A DNA stretch of 64,000 bases from Vicinamibacterales bacterium. Its GTDB lineage: Bacteria > Acidobacteriota > Vicinamibacteria > Vicinamibacterales > UBA8438. This document shows positions 19,912 to 29,393 of this stretch, piece by piece. The stretch is taken from assembly GCA_036012905.1 (NCBI GenBank), contig DASCQF010000109.1, positions 55,757-119,756 on the forward strand, given 5' to 3'. Below the pieces are notes generated by a model, which was not told the origin of the DNA, made no database searches, and saw nothing but the letters and a program-made list of their open reading frames with translations. Both the position numbers and the translations under genes were made by a program. Every line of letters begins with the position of its first letter. The first letter of the stretch is position 1.

Positions 19912-22311
19912 TCACCGAATGCCGGCACCGACGGTGAACCCGACGTAGACCTCCCGGCCCGGCGACGGCTCGAAGTAGCGACCGCCGAACGCATTGGTGA
20001 TGCCGGACGAGTTGTAGCGCTCGTCGAAGACATTGTCGATACCGATGAACGGCCGGATGTCGGTGTCACCCCAGGTCGTGTCGAACCCGAACCGCAGGTC
20101 GACGACGGTGTAGGACCAGTTGAAGACCGTGTTGGCGTTGTTCAGGGTGAACTCGTCGACCCACCGAACCGTTGCGCCCGACCGCAGGCCGAACGGCGCG
20201 GTGTAGTTGACCCCGCCAAAGAACCGGTGCGGCGGCGCGCCCGGCTCGTCGTTACCCGCGAAGTCGGATGAGCCGGTGTTGAACTCCTCGAATACGAAAT
20301 CCTGATAGGTGTAGGCGAACCGCGTGCTGAAGCTCGGGGTCGGCACGAAGTCGAACGCCAGCTCGAACCCGTCGCGCGACGCCTTCCCGGCGTTGCGAAA
20401 GAAGTCCTGCGAGAGGGGGTTCTGAAACGATACGAGTGCGTTGTCCACGGTGGAGACGAAGACGGTCGCCTCGTACCGTAGTCGGGCCGGCTCGATGAGT
20501 CCCCGCACCCCGACCTCGACGCTGCTCAGATCCTGAGGCTCGAGCTCCTGATTGAACCCGCCGGCCCCTGTCTCCGTGTTCGACAGCTCGACCGTTGTCG
20601 GTGTCTCGTAGGCGGTCGCGTAGTTGGCGAACAGGTTGACGTTGGGCGCGGCCGCCACAGTCACCCCGACCGATGGGCTGATCTGGTCCATGGTCCGGTC
20701 GCCTGACTGGTCTCCGTCGTCCAGCTTGCGGTCTCCGGCCGTGAAGTCGTAGTAGTCCCAACGGACCCCGGCGGTGAACTGGACAACATCGTTCGGCGCG
20801 ATGCCGACTTGCGCGAATGGTCCAGCCGACAGCACGTCCTCGGTCTGGTCGACCGCCAACGCGCCGTTGGTCGCATCGCCTCCCGAAATGACGGGCGCCA
20901 CTTGTCCGAACTCCATGCGGTCGTCGTTCTGCGACGCGATGTCGAGACCGGCGGCCCACTCGAAACCAACGTCCCCGACCTGGGTTCCGCCCAGATACTC
21001 CGACCGGAAACCGAACCCAGAGCGCTCGAGCTCGATGTTCTGGAAGGCGCCGAGCGCATCGAGACGGCGCCACATTCCCCAGCCGGTGACGCGGAGCTGC
21101 TGCGTCTCGCTGAAGCGGTGGTCCACGGTCAGGCCGTACTGCCCTTGGTTGGTCCCCTCGCCCCAGTGTCTGGCCACCGCGACGCCACGGGCCAGGCACG
21201 CCCCCGAGAGACAGTTGTCGTCGTCATCGCGGATTGGCTCGCCTCGGGCATCGGTTTCGTTCAGGAAACTGGGGCTCTCCGAAAACGGCGCCTCGTACAG
21301 GTTGAACACGCCGCGGATGTCGGTGCTGGGCGACAGCACGTGATTGACGACGACGTTGGCCTGGATGATCTCGGCGGCGCTGTTCTCGCGGAACCCGCTG
21401 GTCTCGAACCGGCTGGCGCTCGCCATGAACTGCGTGCCGGAATTGCCGCCCTCCAGCCTGACCTGCTGCCGGTTGTAGCCGTGGCTGCCGAACTGGATAT
21501 CCGGTGTGATCGTCAGGGGACGCGAGGTGTCGAACGTGGTGTTCAGGTTGATCACCCCACCGGCCGCGTTGCCGTAGAGCACGGAGCTCGGGCCCCGGAC
21601 CACGTCTATCCGTCCGACCGACCCGAGGTCGACGTTGCCCGGCTCCGTCGTGCCGTCGGCCGTCGTGATCGGGATGCCGTCCTGGATAATCGCCAGTCCG
21701 CGCAGACCGAACCTCGGCTGCGGCGCTCGGATACTGAGCCCGATGCCGCCCGAAAGGCCGTAGTTGCGCCGGTTCTGGACGAACAGGCCCGGAATGCCCC
21801 GCAGCGCCTCGTCGAGCGAGACGCGACGCTGGGAGTGCTCGATCTCATTGCGCTGAACGACAGCGACCGACTGCGGCACCGTCGAGAGCGCCTGGTTGGT
21901 CCGCATGACGGTCACCGACTCTGCGAGCGGCGCAATGGACAGGGACAGATCGACCATCGCCGATCCTCCCGCGGAGACGGTCACGGTCGTCGCGTCGCTT
22001 TCGAAGCCGGGTAGTGCTCCCCGCACCTCGTAACGCCCGGCAGGGAGGCGCGAGATTTCGTACCGCCCCCGACCGTCGCTTACGTCTGTCCGTGAACCTC
22101 CCGTATCGGTGTTGACCGCGGTCACCGCGACACCCGGCAACACGCCACCGCTTGTGTCCTCGATCGTGCCGCTGAGGGCACCCGTGCCACCCTGACCCGC
22201 CCAGCTCATCGCCACGCCGGCCAGCAGCAGCATCACCAACACCAACACGCCGCGGCCATATACCGTTCGAAGATTCGTCATCATCTCAAATCCTGTCAGT
22301 TCTCTTGCCAC
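19912..22311 (-). CDS. TonB-dependent receptor, YncD/PqqU-like, with N-terminal carboxypeptidase-regulatory-like domain
   Basis: Plug QNRRNY...LRGLAIIQDGIPITTADG...RGPSSVLYGNAAGGVIN, AYETPTTVELS and C-terminal GRYFEPSPGR. Start uncertain (22311 or a few codons later). Confidence 0.85.
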   Translation of the reverse strand: MARELTGFEMMTNLRTVYGRGVLVLVMLLLAGVAMSWAGQGGTGALSGTIEDTSGGVLPGVAVTAVNTDTGGSRTDVSDGRGRYEISRLPAGRYEVRGALPGFESDATTVTVSAGGSAMVDLSLSIAPLAESVTVMRTNQALSTVPQSVAVVQRNEIEHSQRRVSLDEALRGIPGLFVQNRRNYGLSGGIGLSIRAPQPRFGLRGLAIIQDGIPITTADGTTEPGNVDLGSVGRIDVVRGPSSVLYGNAAGGVINLNTTFDTSRPLTITPDIQFGSHGYNRQQVRLEGGNSGTQFMASASRFETSGFRENSAAEIIQANVVVNHVLSPSTDIRGVFNLYEAPFSESPSFLNETDARGEPIRDDDDNCLSGACLARGVAVARHWGEGTNQGQYGLTVDHRFSETQQLRVTGWGMWRRLDALGAFQNIELERSGFGFRSEYLGGTQVGDVGFEWAAGLDIASQNDDRMEFGQVAPVISGGDATNGALAVDQTEDVLSAGPFAQVGIAPNDVVQFTAGVRWDYYDFTAGDRKLDDGDQSGDRTMDQISPSVGVTVAAAPNVNLFANYATAYETPTTVELSNTETGAGGFNQELEPQDLSSVEVGVRGLIEPARLRYEATVFVSTVDNALVSFQNPLSQDFFRNAGKASRDGFELAFDFVPTPSFSTRFAYTYQDFVFEEFNTGSSDFAGNDEPGAPPHRFFGGVNYTAPFGLRSGATVRWVDEFTLNNANTVFNWSYTVVDLRFGFDTTWGDTDIRPFIGIDNVFDERYNSSGITNAFGGRYFEPSPGREVYVGFTVGAGIR

Positions 22312-22392
22312 AGCCTGTCAGTGTTCTTCGTGAAGCAACTCGCCCAACTCATCAGACAATGCTCGGGCACCCAGCGCGTGCAAGATATCAAA

Positions 22393-22431
22393 CAAGAAAG
22401 AGCCTTCGCGGATCCTTCCCGCGAAGGCTCT
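22393..22431 (-). terminator. Intrinsic terminator after heme-propeller paralog 2
   Basis: Stem agagccttcgcgg/ccgcgaaggctct followed on the minus strand by TTCTTGTTT. Confidence 0.7.
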
Positions 22432-22462
22432 CCATTTGATTGGGACGACCCACCACACACAT

Positions 22463-24643
22463 TCAGTTGGCGAGCGGGTCCGGTCGCACCTGGAACTTCA
22501 CGATGCCAGGCCTGACGCCCTTGCCGCCTTCGATGTGCCAGGTCACCGCCGCCCCATAAGTCGCCCACACACCGCGGCCCTTCCACCCGCCGTTCGGGTC
22601 GTCGATGCGACCGTCGAGCCCACGGGCGAAGAAGCCCTGCGGATACGGCACCCGCAGCACGGTCCACTCACCGCTCTCCGGATCCAACGCCAGCAGCGAG
22701 TCCGAGTTCGACCCGTTCGCGATCGGCACGTTCTCGCCCAGCCCGAGCGTGTTCCACTGATCGACCCAATTGTAGTAGTGGTGGTCGGCGCGCATCGGCG
22801 GGTCGGTGCCCCGAATGCTCGGGCCGGGCGTCGGATACAGCGTCCACCCGTCGACACAGTGCCGCCCGTCGACCACCGTCGGACCGCGGGTGACGTCGCA
22901 CTTGGTGCGGTCGAAGCTGGCGAAGTCGCTGCTCCCGGACAGCGCCGTCCAGACGACGCCGTTGCGGTCGATGTCGATCCCACGCGACCCGAACCCGGTC
23001 TTCTCCTTCGGCACGCTCGGGTCGAGGACCGACGGCACCTCGTACATCTCGGACACGCAGGTCTCGGGCGGGTTGTCGCCGACATGCAGACGCGCCAGCC
23101 GGCCGGGGTACTGGGTCGAGGAGATCCAGACCGCCTTGTCGTCGAGTGGGTCGGCCACGATCCCGTAGCTGCCCACCACGACGCGCGTGTCGAGTGCGGT
23201 ATCCATGTTCTCGTAGTTGCCGCGACGGTCCGGCTCGTTCCACGGCGAGGAGATCTTGCCGTCGCCGTTGGTGTCGAGCACGGTCGGGCACCAGCCCTGC
23301 GAGATCTGTTCGTCACCGGTGTCGTCGTACGTCTTCGTGTTGAGCCAGCCGATCACCTGCCCCCCGCCGCTGAAGTACAGCGTGTCGTCGTCATCCTCGG
23401 CGAACTGCAGATGGTGCGTGCCGTAACACGTATCGATCATCACGAACTTCTGCGTCTCCGGCTCGTAGTAGACCGCGGACCGGCCACTGTTCTCCATCGG
23501 GAAGTACTGCGCGTAGGGGTTGTCCGAACCCGCCTTGCACCAGTCCGGGTTGCCGCGGCCGCGAATCTGCGAGGTCAGCCAGACCCGCCCCTCGCTGTCC
23601 ATCATCGGGTTGTGCGGGTTGGCCGGATCGTTCCAGAGCATCTCCTCGCCCCAGAACCGCGACGGCACCGGCATCGACTGCGAGATCATCCCAGGCACGG
23701 TCGCCGGGTCCGCGCGCAGCGGAATCTTGAGGTTCGTTGCGAGATGGGTCTCGGGGTCGAGGATCGCCAGCTCGTCGTTGGAGATGTTCACCCCGTAGAT
23801 CGGTCCGCCGGCGTTCACCCGGGGGTCACGCTTGTCGGTGGCGATCTCGTCGTGGATGTAGTCGAACTCGGTGCCCCACTCCCACATCGAGATCACGACG
23901 TTCCGCTCCGCGCCCTGCGGGCGGGGCGGCGCAAGCGGCACGGCACCGGAGGCGATCCGGTCGCTCCAATCGGCAAACATCTGTAGACCGCGCTCGCGGC
24001 CGAACCGGCTCATGACGTTGCTCATCTGCGAGCCGCGCTGGCCCATCTGCACCCGGTGGTCCCAGGCGGCCAGTGCCGAGTCGAATTGGTCGAGGTCGTC
24101 GATCTCGCGGACGATCCGGTTGCCCAACTGGTGACAGAGCATGCAGCCCTGTTTCTGGATGTCGACCCACTGCCCCTGGTGCTGCAGGTTCGCGGAGATG
24201 CCGTTCCCGTCCGGTCCGGTGCCGGGGAACTCGCTCGCCGCGGGCGGCTCGATCAGCGAATACCAGTAGTTGGCAGGGTAGACCTTGGCGGCCTCGGCCG
24301 GTGTAGTCGCCACGGTGGCCTGGATGTCGACGGTCGCGCCCGGTTCAGCAGTGACGCCGGCCGAATCGAGCAGGCCGTAGCCGCGGACCCAAACCTTGTA
24401 GCTGGCCTCGGGGAGATCGGGAATCAAATAGCGTCCGCCGTCACCGGTCACCACGCTCTTGATGAACTTGGTGGGAAGATCGGTCGTCTCGGCGATGACC
24501 CAGACCCCCTCCTCGGAACCGTTCGAGCTGGTAATGGTGCCGCTGATGTCACCTTCGGCGGCTCGACCCGGTGTCGTGAGCCACACGAGTGACACAGCCA
24601 CCAGCATGGCGATTCCCAGCACACTCGCGATGCGAGTCCTCAT
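22463..24643 (-). CDS. Secreted monoheme cytochrome c / probable beta-propeller protein of unknown function (paralog 2)
   Basis: Signal peptide MRTRIASVLGIAMLVAVSLVW, carboxypeptidase-regulatory-like N-domain, CMLCH, beta-rich C-terminal region and DTNGDG loop. RBS AAGGGGGA before ATG 24643. Confidence 0.9.
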   Translation of the reverse strand: MRTRIASVLGIAMLVAVSLVWLTTPGRAAEGDISGTITSSNGSEEGVWVIAETTDLPTKFIKSVVTGDGGRYLIPDLPEASYKVWVRGYGLLDSAGVTAEPGATVDIQATVATTPAEAAKVYPANYWYSLIEPPAASEFPGTGPDGNGISANLQHQGQWVDIQKQGCMLCHQLGNRIVREIDDLDQFDSALAAWDHRVQMGQRGSQMSNVMSRFGRERGLQMFADWSDRIASGAVPLAPPRPQGAERNVVISMWEWGTEFDYIHDEIATDKRDPRVNAGGPIYGVNISNDELAILDPETHLATNLKIPLRADPATVPGMISQSMPVPSRFWGEEMLWNDPANPHNPMMDSEGRVWLTSQIRGRGNPDWCKAGSDNPYAQYFPMENSGRSAVYYEPETQKFVMIDTCYGTHHLQFAEDDDDTLYFSGGGQVIGWLNTKTYDDTGDEQISQGWCPTVLDTNGDGKISSPWNEPDRRGNYENMDTALDTRVVVGSYGIVADPLDDKAVWISSTQYPGRLARLHVGDNPPETCVSEMYEVPSVLDPSVPKEKTGFGSRGIDIDRNGVVWTALSGSSDFASFDRTKCDVTRGPTVVDGRHCVDGWTLYPTPGPSIRGTDPPMRADHHYYNWVDQWNTLGLGENVPIANGSNSDSLLALDPESGEWTVLRVPYPQGFFARGLDGRIDDPNGGWKGRGVWATYGAAVTWHIEGGKGVRPGIVKFQVRPDPLAN

Positions 24644-24825
24644 AGCATTGTCCCCCTTCGGGCTGTTGTGACCCGGTAACGAAACCCCGGTGCATTGACG
24701 ATCGGTATCTACGAAGCGCCCCATCTTGGCAGACACGAAAAAATGGTGTCAAGGCAATCGGTACGGGCGAGACACTCCCCACGATTACCTCGTGGAGCGG
24801 ACATGCATCTCGACCTAGACACAGC

Positions 24826-25209
24826 CTACTTTCTCGACGCGGACCAGTCACCCGTCCCGTACCAGCTGAAGCTTCCCTGGGCACCCGTGATCATATCGCC
24901 GGACAGCTCCCCTTCGAAGGCGATTGGCTGGTCGCCGTCGAGGTCTGGCACGACGATGACGAACTTGAGTGTGGCGCCGGCGATGGTGCCATCTACCGAC
25001 AGCACTTCGTTGTCGCCGAGGTCGATCTCGCCACCAAGCTTGTCTCCGTCCTGCTCGAACGTGGCCTGCCACGTCGTGATACCTGTCTGGGTGCTCAACT
25101 TCATCTCCCAAGCGCCCGCCACCCCGCTCTGAGTCTGAGCACGACTAGAGGACAGCGCGACCAGCGCGGTGAACATGACCAACGGTGCGATGACTAGACG
25201 CTTCCCCAT
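24826..25209 (-). CDS. Small exported beta-rich protein
   Basis: Signal peptide [24 protein letters not shown], then VAGAWEM...[10 protein letters not shown] beta-strand pattern. Confidence 0.7.
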   Translation of the reverse strand: MGKRLVIAPLVMFTALVALSSSRAQTQSGVAGAWEMKLSTQTGITTWQATFEQDGDKLGGEIDLGDNEVLSVDGTIAGATLKFVIVVPDLDGDQPIAFEGELSGDMITGAQGSFSWYGTGDWSASRK

Positions 25210-25616
25210 CGATACTATTCCGTCTCCTGCAAGACCTTCGTGTGCCACGTGACGCCGAACCACGACCGCCTTCTTGCCGCCGGTCCGCACTCGAGTGTCG
25301 TGAATTGCGCGACAGGACCAGAACGGATGCGCCAGGCCGGCAGAGAGGTCATTGTATGGCGCTGGCTGCAAGCAGGTCAAGGTCGCAAGCCACGCCTGTT
25401 CAACACATTAGCTGCAATCGTGAGTGCCCGTACATGCCGAGATTCCGACGTTCCACGGGACCGTCTGAGAGGAGGCACCATCGACCCGCCGAGGTTGTCC
25501 GGCGACCAGGGTACGGGCTGCCTGACCAGAGCCTCACGCTTGACGCGGAGCGACATCCGTACGATCCTACGACCCGCCCGGCCGGGCGCCTCGTCGCTGG
25601 CCGCGCCGAGATCGGC

Positions 25617-27128
25617 ATGACGAGTACCCAAAGCACCGCATCGACCGTTTCCTTCTGGATCAACGGAGAGCACGCGCCAGCGGCCGGGTCGCGCCACGGC
25701 ACGGTGACCAATCCGGCGACGGGCGCGGTGATCCGTACGGTGCCATTCGCCGACGACACAGATGTCGATGCGGCAGTCGAGAGCGCCCGCGCGGCCTTCC
25801 CGGCGTGGCGCGCCACGACGCCGTTGCGACGCGCCCGTATCCTCATGCGTTTTCGGGACCTCCTCGAACGGCGCACGGACGACGTGGCTGCCGCGATTAC
25901 CGAGGAACACGGCAAGACGCTGCCCGATGCCACCGGCTCGGTGCAGCGCGGGCTCGAGGTGGTCGAGTTCGCCACCGGCATCCCGCATCTGCTGAAGGGC
26001 GAGCATGCCGAGGACGTCGGCACCGCGATCGATTCGCACACGCTGAGGCAACCGCTCGGCGTCTGCGCCGGCATCACGCCGTTCAACTTCCCGATCATGT
26101 GCCCGATGTGGATGATTCCGGTCGCGCTGGCGTGCGGCAACACGTTCGTATTGAAACCATCCGAGAAGGACCCGTCGGCGAGCATGCTGGCGGCTCGGCT
26201 CCTCTCGGAGGCCGGCCTACCGGACGGCGTGCTCAATGTCGTGCACGGTGACAAGCAGGCAGTCGACGCACTACTGAGGCACCCCGACATCGCCGCCGTC
26301 TCCTTCGTCGGGTCGACCCCGGTCGCCCGACACATCTACGAGACCGCGAGCGCCAATGGCAAACGGGTACAAGCGCTGGGTGGCGCGAAGAACCATGCGG
26401 TGGTCCTGCCGGATGCCGATCTCGACGCAGCCGCCGACGCGCTGATCGGCGCCGCGTTCGGTTCGGCCGGTGAGCGCTGTATGGCGATCTCCGCCGTCGT
26501 GGCCGTCGGAAGCGCCGGCGACGCCATCGTGTCTCGCCTGCGGGAGCGGGCGACCGCGTTGCGGGTCGGCCCGGGCGACCGCGACGGCGTCGAGATGGGA
26601 CCGCTCATCACGCAGGCGCATCTCGAGCGGGTCCGCGGCTATGTGGACGCCGGCGAGCGGGAGGGCGCCGACCTCGTGGTGGACGGACGCGGGCTGACGG
26701 TCGCCGGGTGTGAGACCGGTCACTTCCTGGGCCCGACGCTGTTCGACCGCGTGACGCGCGACATGTCGATCTATCGCGACGAGATCTTCGGGCCGGTGCT
26801 GGTCGTCGTACGAGCGGAAAGCGACGGGGAGGCGATCGAGATCGTCAACCAGAACCCGTATGGCAACGGCACGGCGGTGTTCACCGAGTCGGGCGCCTCG
26901 GCCCGCCGATTCACCAACGAAATTCAGGTGGGGATGGTGGGCGTGAATGTCCCGATTCCTGTGCCGATGGCATTCTTCTCGTTCGGCGGCTGGAAGAGCT
27001 CGCTGTTCGGCGACCTCCACGTGCATGGTCCTGACGGTGTCAGGTTCTACACGCGCACAAAGGTGGTCACCACGCGGTGGCCACGACAGCGCGACGCGGT
27101 GAGCCTGAACATGCCAACGATGACGTAG
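25617..27128 (+). CDS. mmsA: CoA-acylating (methyl)malonate-semialdehyde dehydrogenase
   Basis: [38 protein letters not shown] and [15 protein letters not shown] at 25617. Confidence 0.92.
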   Translation: MTSTQSTASTVSFWINGEHAPAAGSRHGTVTNPATGAVIRTVPFADDTDVDAAVESARAAFPAWRATTPLRRARILMRFRDLLERRTDDVAAAITEEHGKTLPDATGSVQRGLEVVEFATGIPHLLKGEHAEDVGTAIDSHTLRQPLGVCAGITPFNFPIMCPMWMIPVALACGNTFVLKPSEKDPSASMLAARLLSEAGLPDGVLNVVHGDKQAVDALLRHPDIAAVSFVGSTPVARHIYETASANGKRVQALGGAKNHAVVLPDADLDAAADALIGAAFGSAGERCMAISAVVAVGSAGDAIVSRLRERATALRVGPGDRDGVEMGPLITQAHLERVRGYVDAGEREGADLVVDGRGLTVAGCETGHFLGPTLFDRVTRDMSIYRDEIFGPVLVVVRAESDGEAIEIVNQNPYGNGTAVFTESGASARRFTNEIQVGMVGVNVPIPVPMAFFSFGGWKSSLFGDLHVHGPDGVRFYTRTKVVTTRWPRQRDAVSLNMPTMT

Positions 27129-27212
27129 GGACCGTGTTCTGAACACTCATCCCTTCACCACGGTGTCCCTGTGGCGACGACCGCCTCGGGACCGGGAGGC
27201 CGGATCTCAGAC

Positions 27213-28646
27213 ATGTCTGCAACGCTGATTCGCTCGATCGGCAACCTCGGAGAGAGCCTGTCGCGCTTCACGCAGCGATGGATACCAGACTCCTGGGTCG
27301 TCTGCATGACCCTGACCGTGCTGGCGATGCTGCTGGCGATCTTCGGCGCCGGCGCCGGGCTCGAGGAGACGGCGCTCGCCTGGGGCGGCGGCATGTGGGC
27401 GCTGCTCGAGCTGGCGATGCAGTTCACGATCGCCATGATCGCCGCGCATGCGTGCGTGTCGTCGCGGCCGGCATTCCGGTTTCTCGACTGGCTCGCGAGC
27501 CGTCCGGACGCCGACCGGCCGGTGCAGGCTGTGGTTCTGCTGGGCGCGTTCTCGATCGTTGTCGCCTATTTCAACTGGGCGGCGAGCGTGGTCGCCTCGG
27601 CACTGTTCGTCCCGTTCATCGCGCGGCGGAACCCGAAGGCGGACATCCGGGTGATGATCGCCGCTGGGTATCTCGGTCTGGGTACCGTCTGGCATGGCGG
27701 GATCTCCGGCTCGGCACCGCTGATCCTGGCCACGCCTGGCAATCCGATCACGACGCCGCCGCCCGGGACCGAGCCGCTCATCGACGGCCTCCTCCCGATT
27801 ACCGAGACGCTGTTCAACGTGTTCAACCTGACCTACCTGCTGGTCGTGTCGCTCGTCGCGCTCGGGATGGTGGCCCTCCTGCACCCGCGCCAGAATCCGC
27901 GCACCCTGACCGAGGACCAGCTGCAACGGATCATGCCGGTGATGCCCGAGGAGGCGGAGCGGACCACGCCGGCCGCCCGCATCGAGGCGTTTCGCGGATG
28001 GATCTTCCTGGCGGTGATCCTGATCGGCTATCCGCTCGGCCGCTCGTTCACGACCGAGGTGCTGTCGGGACCGCAGCCGTTCTTCACATCGTTCGAGACG
28101 TGGTTCGGCGCCAACTGGACAATCAACGCCTACAACGCGGTGTTTCTGATCGGCGCCCTGCTGCTGCAGGGACGACCGTCGAACCTGGTCCGGGCCTTCG
28201 GCAACGGCGCCCCCACGGCGTCGGGGGTCATCCTCCAGTTCCCCTTCTACGCTGGAATCTTCGGGGTGATCAACAGCACCGGCCTCGGCGACTGGCTGGG
28301 TGAGCTGTTCGTGCAGGTCGCCACCACCGACACCTATCCCCTGATCGTGTACATCTACTCGGGGATCGTGAACGTGTTCGTGCCGTCCGGCGGGTCGAAG
28401 TGGCTGATCGAGGCTCCCTACCTGCTACCGGCCGCCAGAGAACTGGCGGTGTCGCCGACGACCACCCTGCTCGCGTACTGCTACGGCGATTCGACCAGCA
28501 ACCTGATCCAGCCGTTCTGGGCGATCCCGATCCTGACGGTCACGCGAATGAAATTCGGCGACGTGCTCGGCTACAGCGGCCTCATCGCAGTGGTGCTGTT
28601 CATCGTCACGGGGATCGCGATGCTGGTCATCCCACCCATGTTGTAG
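27213..28646 (+). CDS. atoE: Short-chain fatty acid transporter (AtoE family)
   Basis: WIPDSWV, WHGGISGSAPL, ILQFPFYAGIFG, VPSGGSKW and NLIQPFWA motifs. Confidence 0.85.
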   Translation: MSATLIRSIGNLGESLSRFTQRWIPDSWVVCMTLTVLAMLLAIFGAGAGLEETALAWGGGMWALLELAMQFTIAMIAAHACVSSRPAFRFLDWLASRPDADRPVQAVVLLGAFSIVVAYFNWAASVVASALFVPFIARRNPKADIRVMIAAGYLGLGTVWHGGISGSAPLILATPGNPITTPPPGTEPLIDGLLPITETLFNVFNLTYLLVVSLVALGMVALLHPRQNPRTLTEDQLQRIMPVMPEEAERTTPAARIEAFRGWIFLAVILIGYPLGRSFTTEVLSGPQPFFTSFETWFGANWTINAYNAVFLIGALLLQGRPSNLVRAFGNGAPTASGVILQFPFYAGIFGVINSTGLGDWLGELFVQVATTDTYPLIVYIYSGIVNVFVPSGGSKWLIEAPYLLPAARELAVSPTTTLLAYCYGDSTSNLIQPFWAIPILTVTRMKFGDVLGYSGLIAVVLFIVTGIAMLVIPPML

Positions 28647-28942
28647 ACCCGGAGCGCGCACCGGCATGCCCCTCTCCACGCACGACGGTGCCATTGCGGC
28701 CCGTGAGCCAGGTTGCTCGCCCGCCTGGTCGGACGCCTTGGCGCGGGCCACATTCGGCCTTTGGTAGCACGAAACAGGCTAACAGCGATGACCACAGTGA
28801 ACTAGATAACCATTATGTCCCATGAAGATCTTCACTGACTCATGTGTCTCCACCCGAGGCCGATTACCCATCTGCATGACATAATTTGCCGCTGCGCGGC
28901 ACGTCAGTAGAGCCAGGGGAAGGTCATCGTCGAGGAGGCACC

Positions 28943-29362
28943 ATGGCAGGCCCGGTCGGGGCTTCATCCCTTTCCACATCTCGGATTCCGTCCATCGGAG
29001 GCACCGTGCTGCTGGTCGACGACGAGCCCTGGGTGCGACTGCTGATCCGGCGGATGTTGACGTATCTCGGCTTCTCGTTGCTCGAGGCCTCGACCCTCGC
29101 TCAGGCCATGGGTCTGGCCGATCAACACGGCGACACCATCGATCTCCTGCTGACCGATGTCGTGCTGGCCGACCGGAGCGGCTTTGAGCTCGCGCATCGC
29201 CTGCTGCGCCGGCAACCGAATCTGAAGGTGCTCTATGTCACCGGCCATGCCGAGGAATCGGCGGCCGTGCGGGACGGGCTACGGGGTGCGCCCTATCTCA
29301 GCAAACCGTTTCGTTCAGACGAGCTCGAGGCCAGTCTGCGCCAGGTGCTGTCTCCGTCCTGA
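28943..29362 (+). CDS. Single-domain response regulator
   Basis: LLVDDE, LLTDVV, YVTG and KPF. RBS GAGGAGG before ATG 28943. Confidence 0.85.
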   Translation: MAGPVGASSLSTSRIPSIGGTVLLVDDEPWVRLLIRRMLTYLGFSLLEASTLAQAMGLADQHGDTIDLLLTDVVLADRSGFELAHRLLRRQPNLKVLYVTGHAEESAAVRDGLRGAPYLSKPFRSDELEASLRQVLSPS

Positions 29363-29393
29363 CCCGGCAGCGCATCAAATTCGCCTCCGTCGC

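Noticed and set aside
22463..24643. Calling the heme-propeller protein a PQQ alcohol dehydrogenase, cd1 nitrite reductase or NosZ
   Set aside because: I could not recognise the signature motifs of any of these, so it is left as unknown function.
25230..25250. Sigma54 promoter on the minus strand (TGGCAC...TTGC)
   Set aside because: The spacing is 9 nt instead of the required 5.
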